Shown here piece by piece: positions 63,654 to 64,000 of a stretch of 64,000 bases of DNA (position 1 is the stretch's first letter; every line of letters begins with the position of its first letter). The notes below the pieces were generated by a model. The model was not told the DNA's origin. It made no database searches and was given only the letters and a program-made list of their open reading frames with translations. Origin of the DNA: an uncultured Pelagibacteraceae bacterium. GTDB taxonomy: Bacteria > Pseudomonadota > Alphaproteobacteria > Pelagibacterales > AG-422-B15. The stretch covers positions 4,319 to 68,318 of the forward strand of contig CACPJE010000001.1 in NCBI GenBank assembly GCA_902634045.1, in the 5' to 3' direction. Made by a program: the position numbers and the translations under genes.

Positions 63654-64000
63654 TTATCGGTGGGCAATGCCACGAAGGTTTTCTGATCGACGGCGAAGCA
63701 TTTCTACAGTTGTCAGTAAGAAGATTGAAAGAACAACAAGACAGGTAGCCATGCACAAGATTACAGGACTAATCTCTTGACGTATACCAGCCCACATTTG
63801 TTTTGGAATAGTTAACTGTTCTATACTTGCCATAAACATCACAATTACAACTTCATCAAACGAAGTTATAAATGCAAAAAGTGCCCCAGAGATAATTCCT
63901 GGAAGAATTAGTGGCATAGTAACTTTAAAGAAAGTTTTCATTGGTCTAGCTCCCAAGCTCTGAGCAGCTCTAGTCATATTTGTGTCATAGCCAACAAGTG
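63654..64000 (-). CDS. ABC transporter permease, PotC/PotB-like; C-terminal part only (runs off the window end)
   Basis: The frame stays open upstream of the track Met to the window edge (..LVGYDTNMTRAAQSLGARP..), which is the EAA-loop region of binding-protein-dependent permeases. Confidence 0.8.
   Translation of the reverse strand, partial: LVGYDTNMTRAAQSLGARPMKTFFKVTMPLILPGIISGALFAFITSFDEVVIVMFMASIEQLTIPKQMWAGIRQEISPVILCMATCLVVLSIFLLTTVEMLRRRSENLRGIAHR

Noticed and set aside
1-64000. Scan for CRISPR arrays, long tandem or interspersed repeats, IS elements, prophage genes, toxin-antitoxin pairs, defence systems and rRNA.
   Set aside because: None was recognised. All spacers are 268 nt or shorter and every sizeable ORF has a metabolic, transport or housekeeping assignment or is a lone unknown. 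A by-eye scan cannot exclude short dispersed repeats.

Overview
This 64 kb window is very AT-rich (roughly 30% GC from hand counts of sample lines) and extremely gene-dense. About 96% is coding, only about 2.5 kb is non-coding, and many neighbouring genes have 1-4 nt start/stop overlaps. The gene content points to a streamlined marine alphaproteobacterium of the SAR11/Pelagibacterales type: GcrA, class I LysRS, tmm/tdm/tmoXVW, soxBDAG and Amt. I call 66 CDS (2 cut by the window edges) and one tRNA-Arg(ACG). rpmH is absent from the supplied ORF track and was found by manual translation. I also call two intrinsic-terminator-like hairpins and one strong inverted repeat in a divergent promoter. 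I found no rRNA, CRISPR array, transposase, integrase, phage gene or long repeat.

Layout:
- 0-14.7 kb: housekeeping genes (argB, yidC-yidD-rnpA-rpmH, gcrA, argD-argF, trkH, folE, lysK, pyrD).
- 14.7-28.9 kb: a fatty-acid beta-oxidation neighbourhood.
- 28.9-33.6 kb: a four-gene glycoside-utilisation operon (esterase-like hydrolase, GPH symporter, galactokinase, GH1).
- 33.7-37.5 kb: a transporter/dehydrogenase/hydrolase operon.
- 37.4-62.5 kb: a large methylated-amine island. It holds a GS-like enzyme, soxBDAG-type oxidase, Tdm, Tmm, the TmoX/V/W ABC importer and Amt.

The core of the methylated-amine island is described biology. I cannot show a wholly novel system from sequence alone. The best candidates for undescribed function are the uncharacterised genes embedded in that island:
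- a secreted MORN-repeat protein and a membrane-anchored protein inside the tmo operon;
- a cupin and an MFS transporter between tdm and tmm;
- an orphan SoxB-like flavoprotein with a mini winged-helix protein;
- an Fe/2OG-oxygenase-like gene behind the GS-like gene;
- a GC-rich 71-aa membrane protein translationally coupled to amt.

The glycoside operon is a further candidate. All family assignments come from motifs read by eye and recalled family features, not from database searches.
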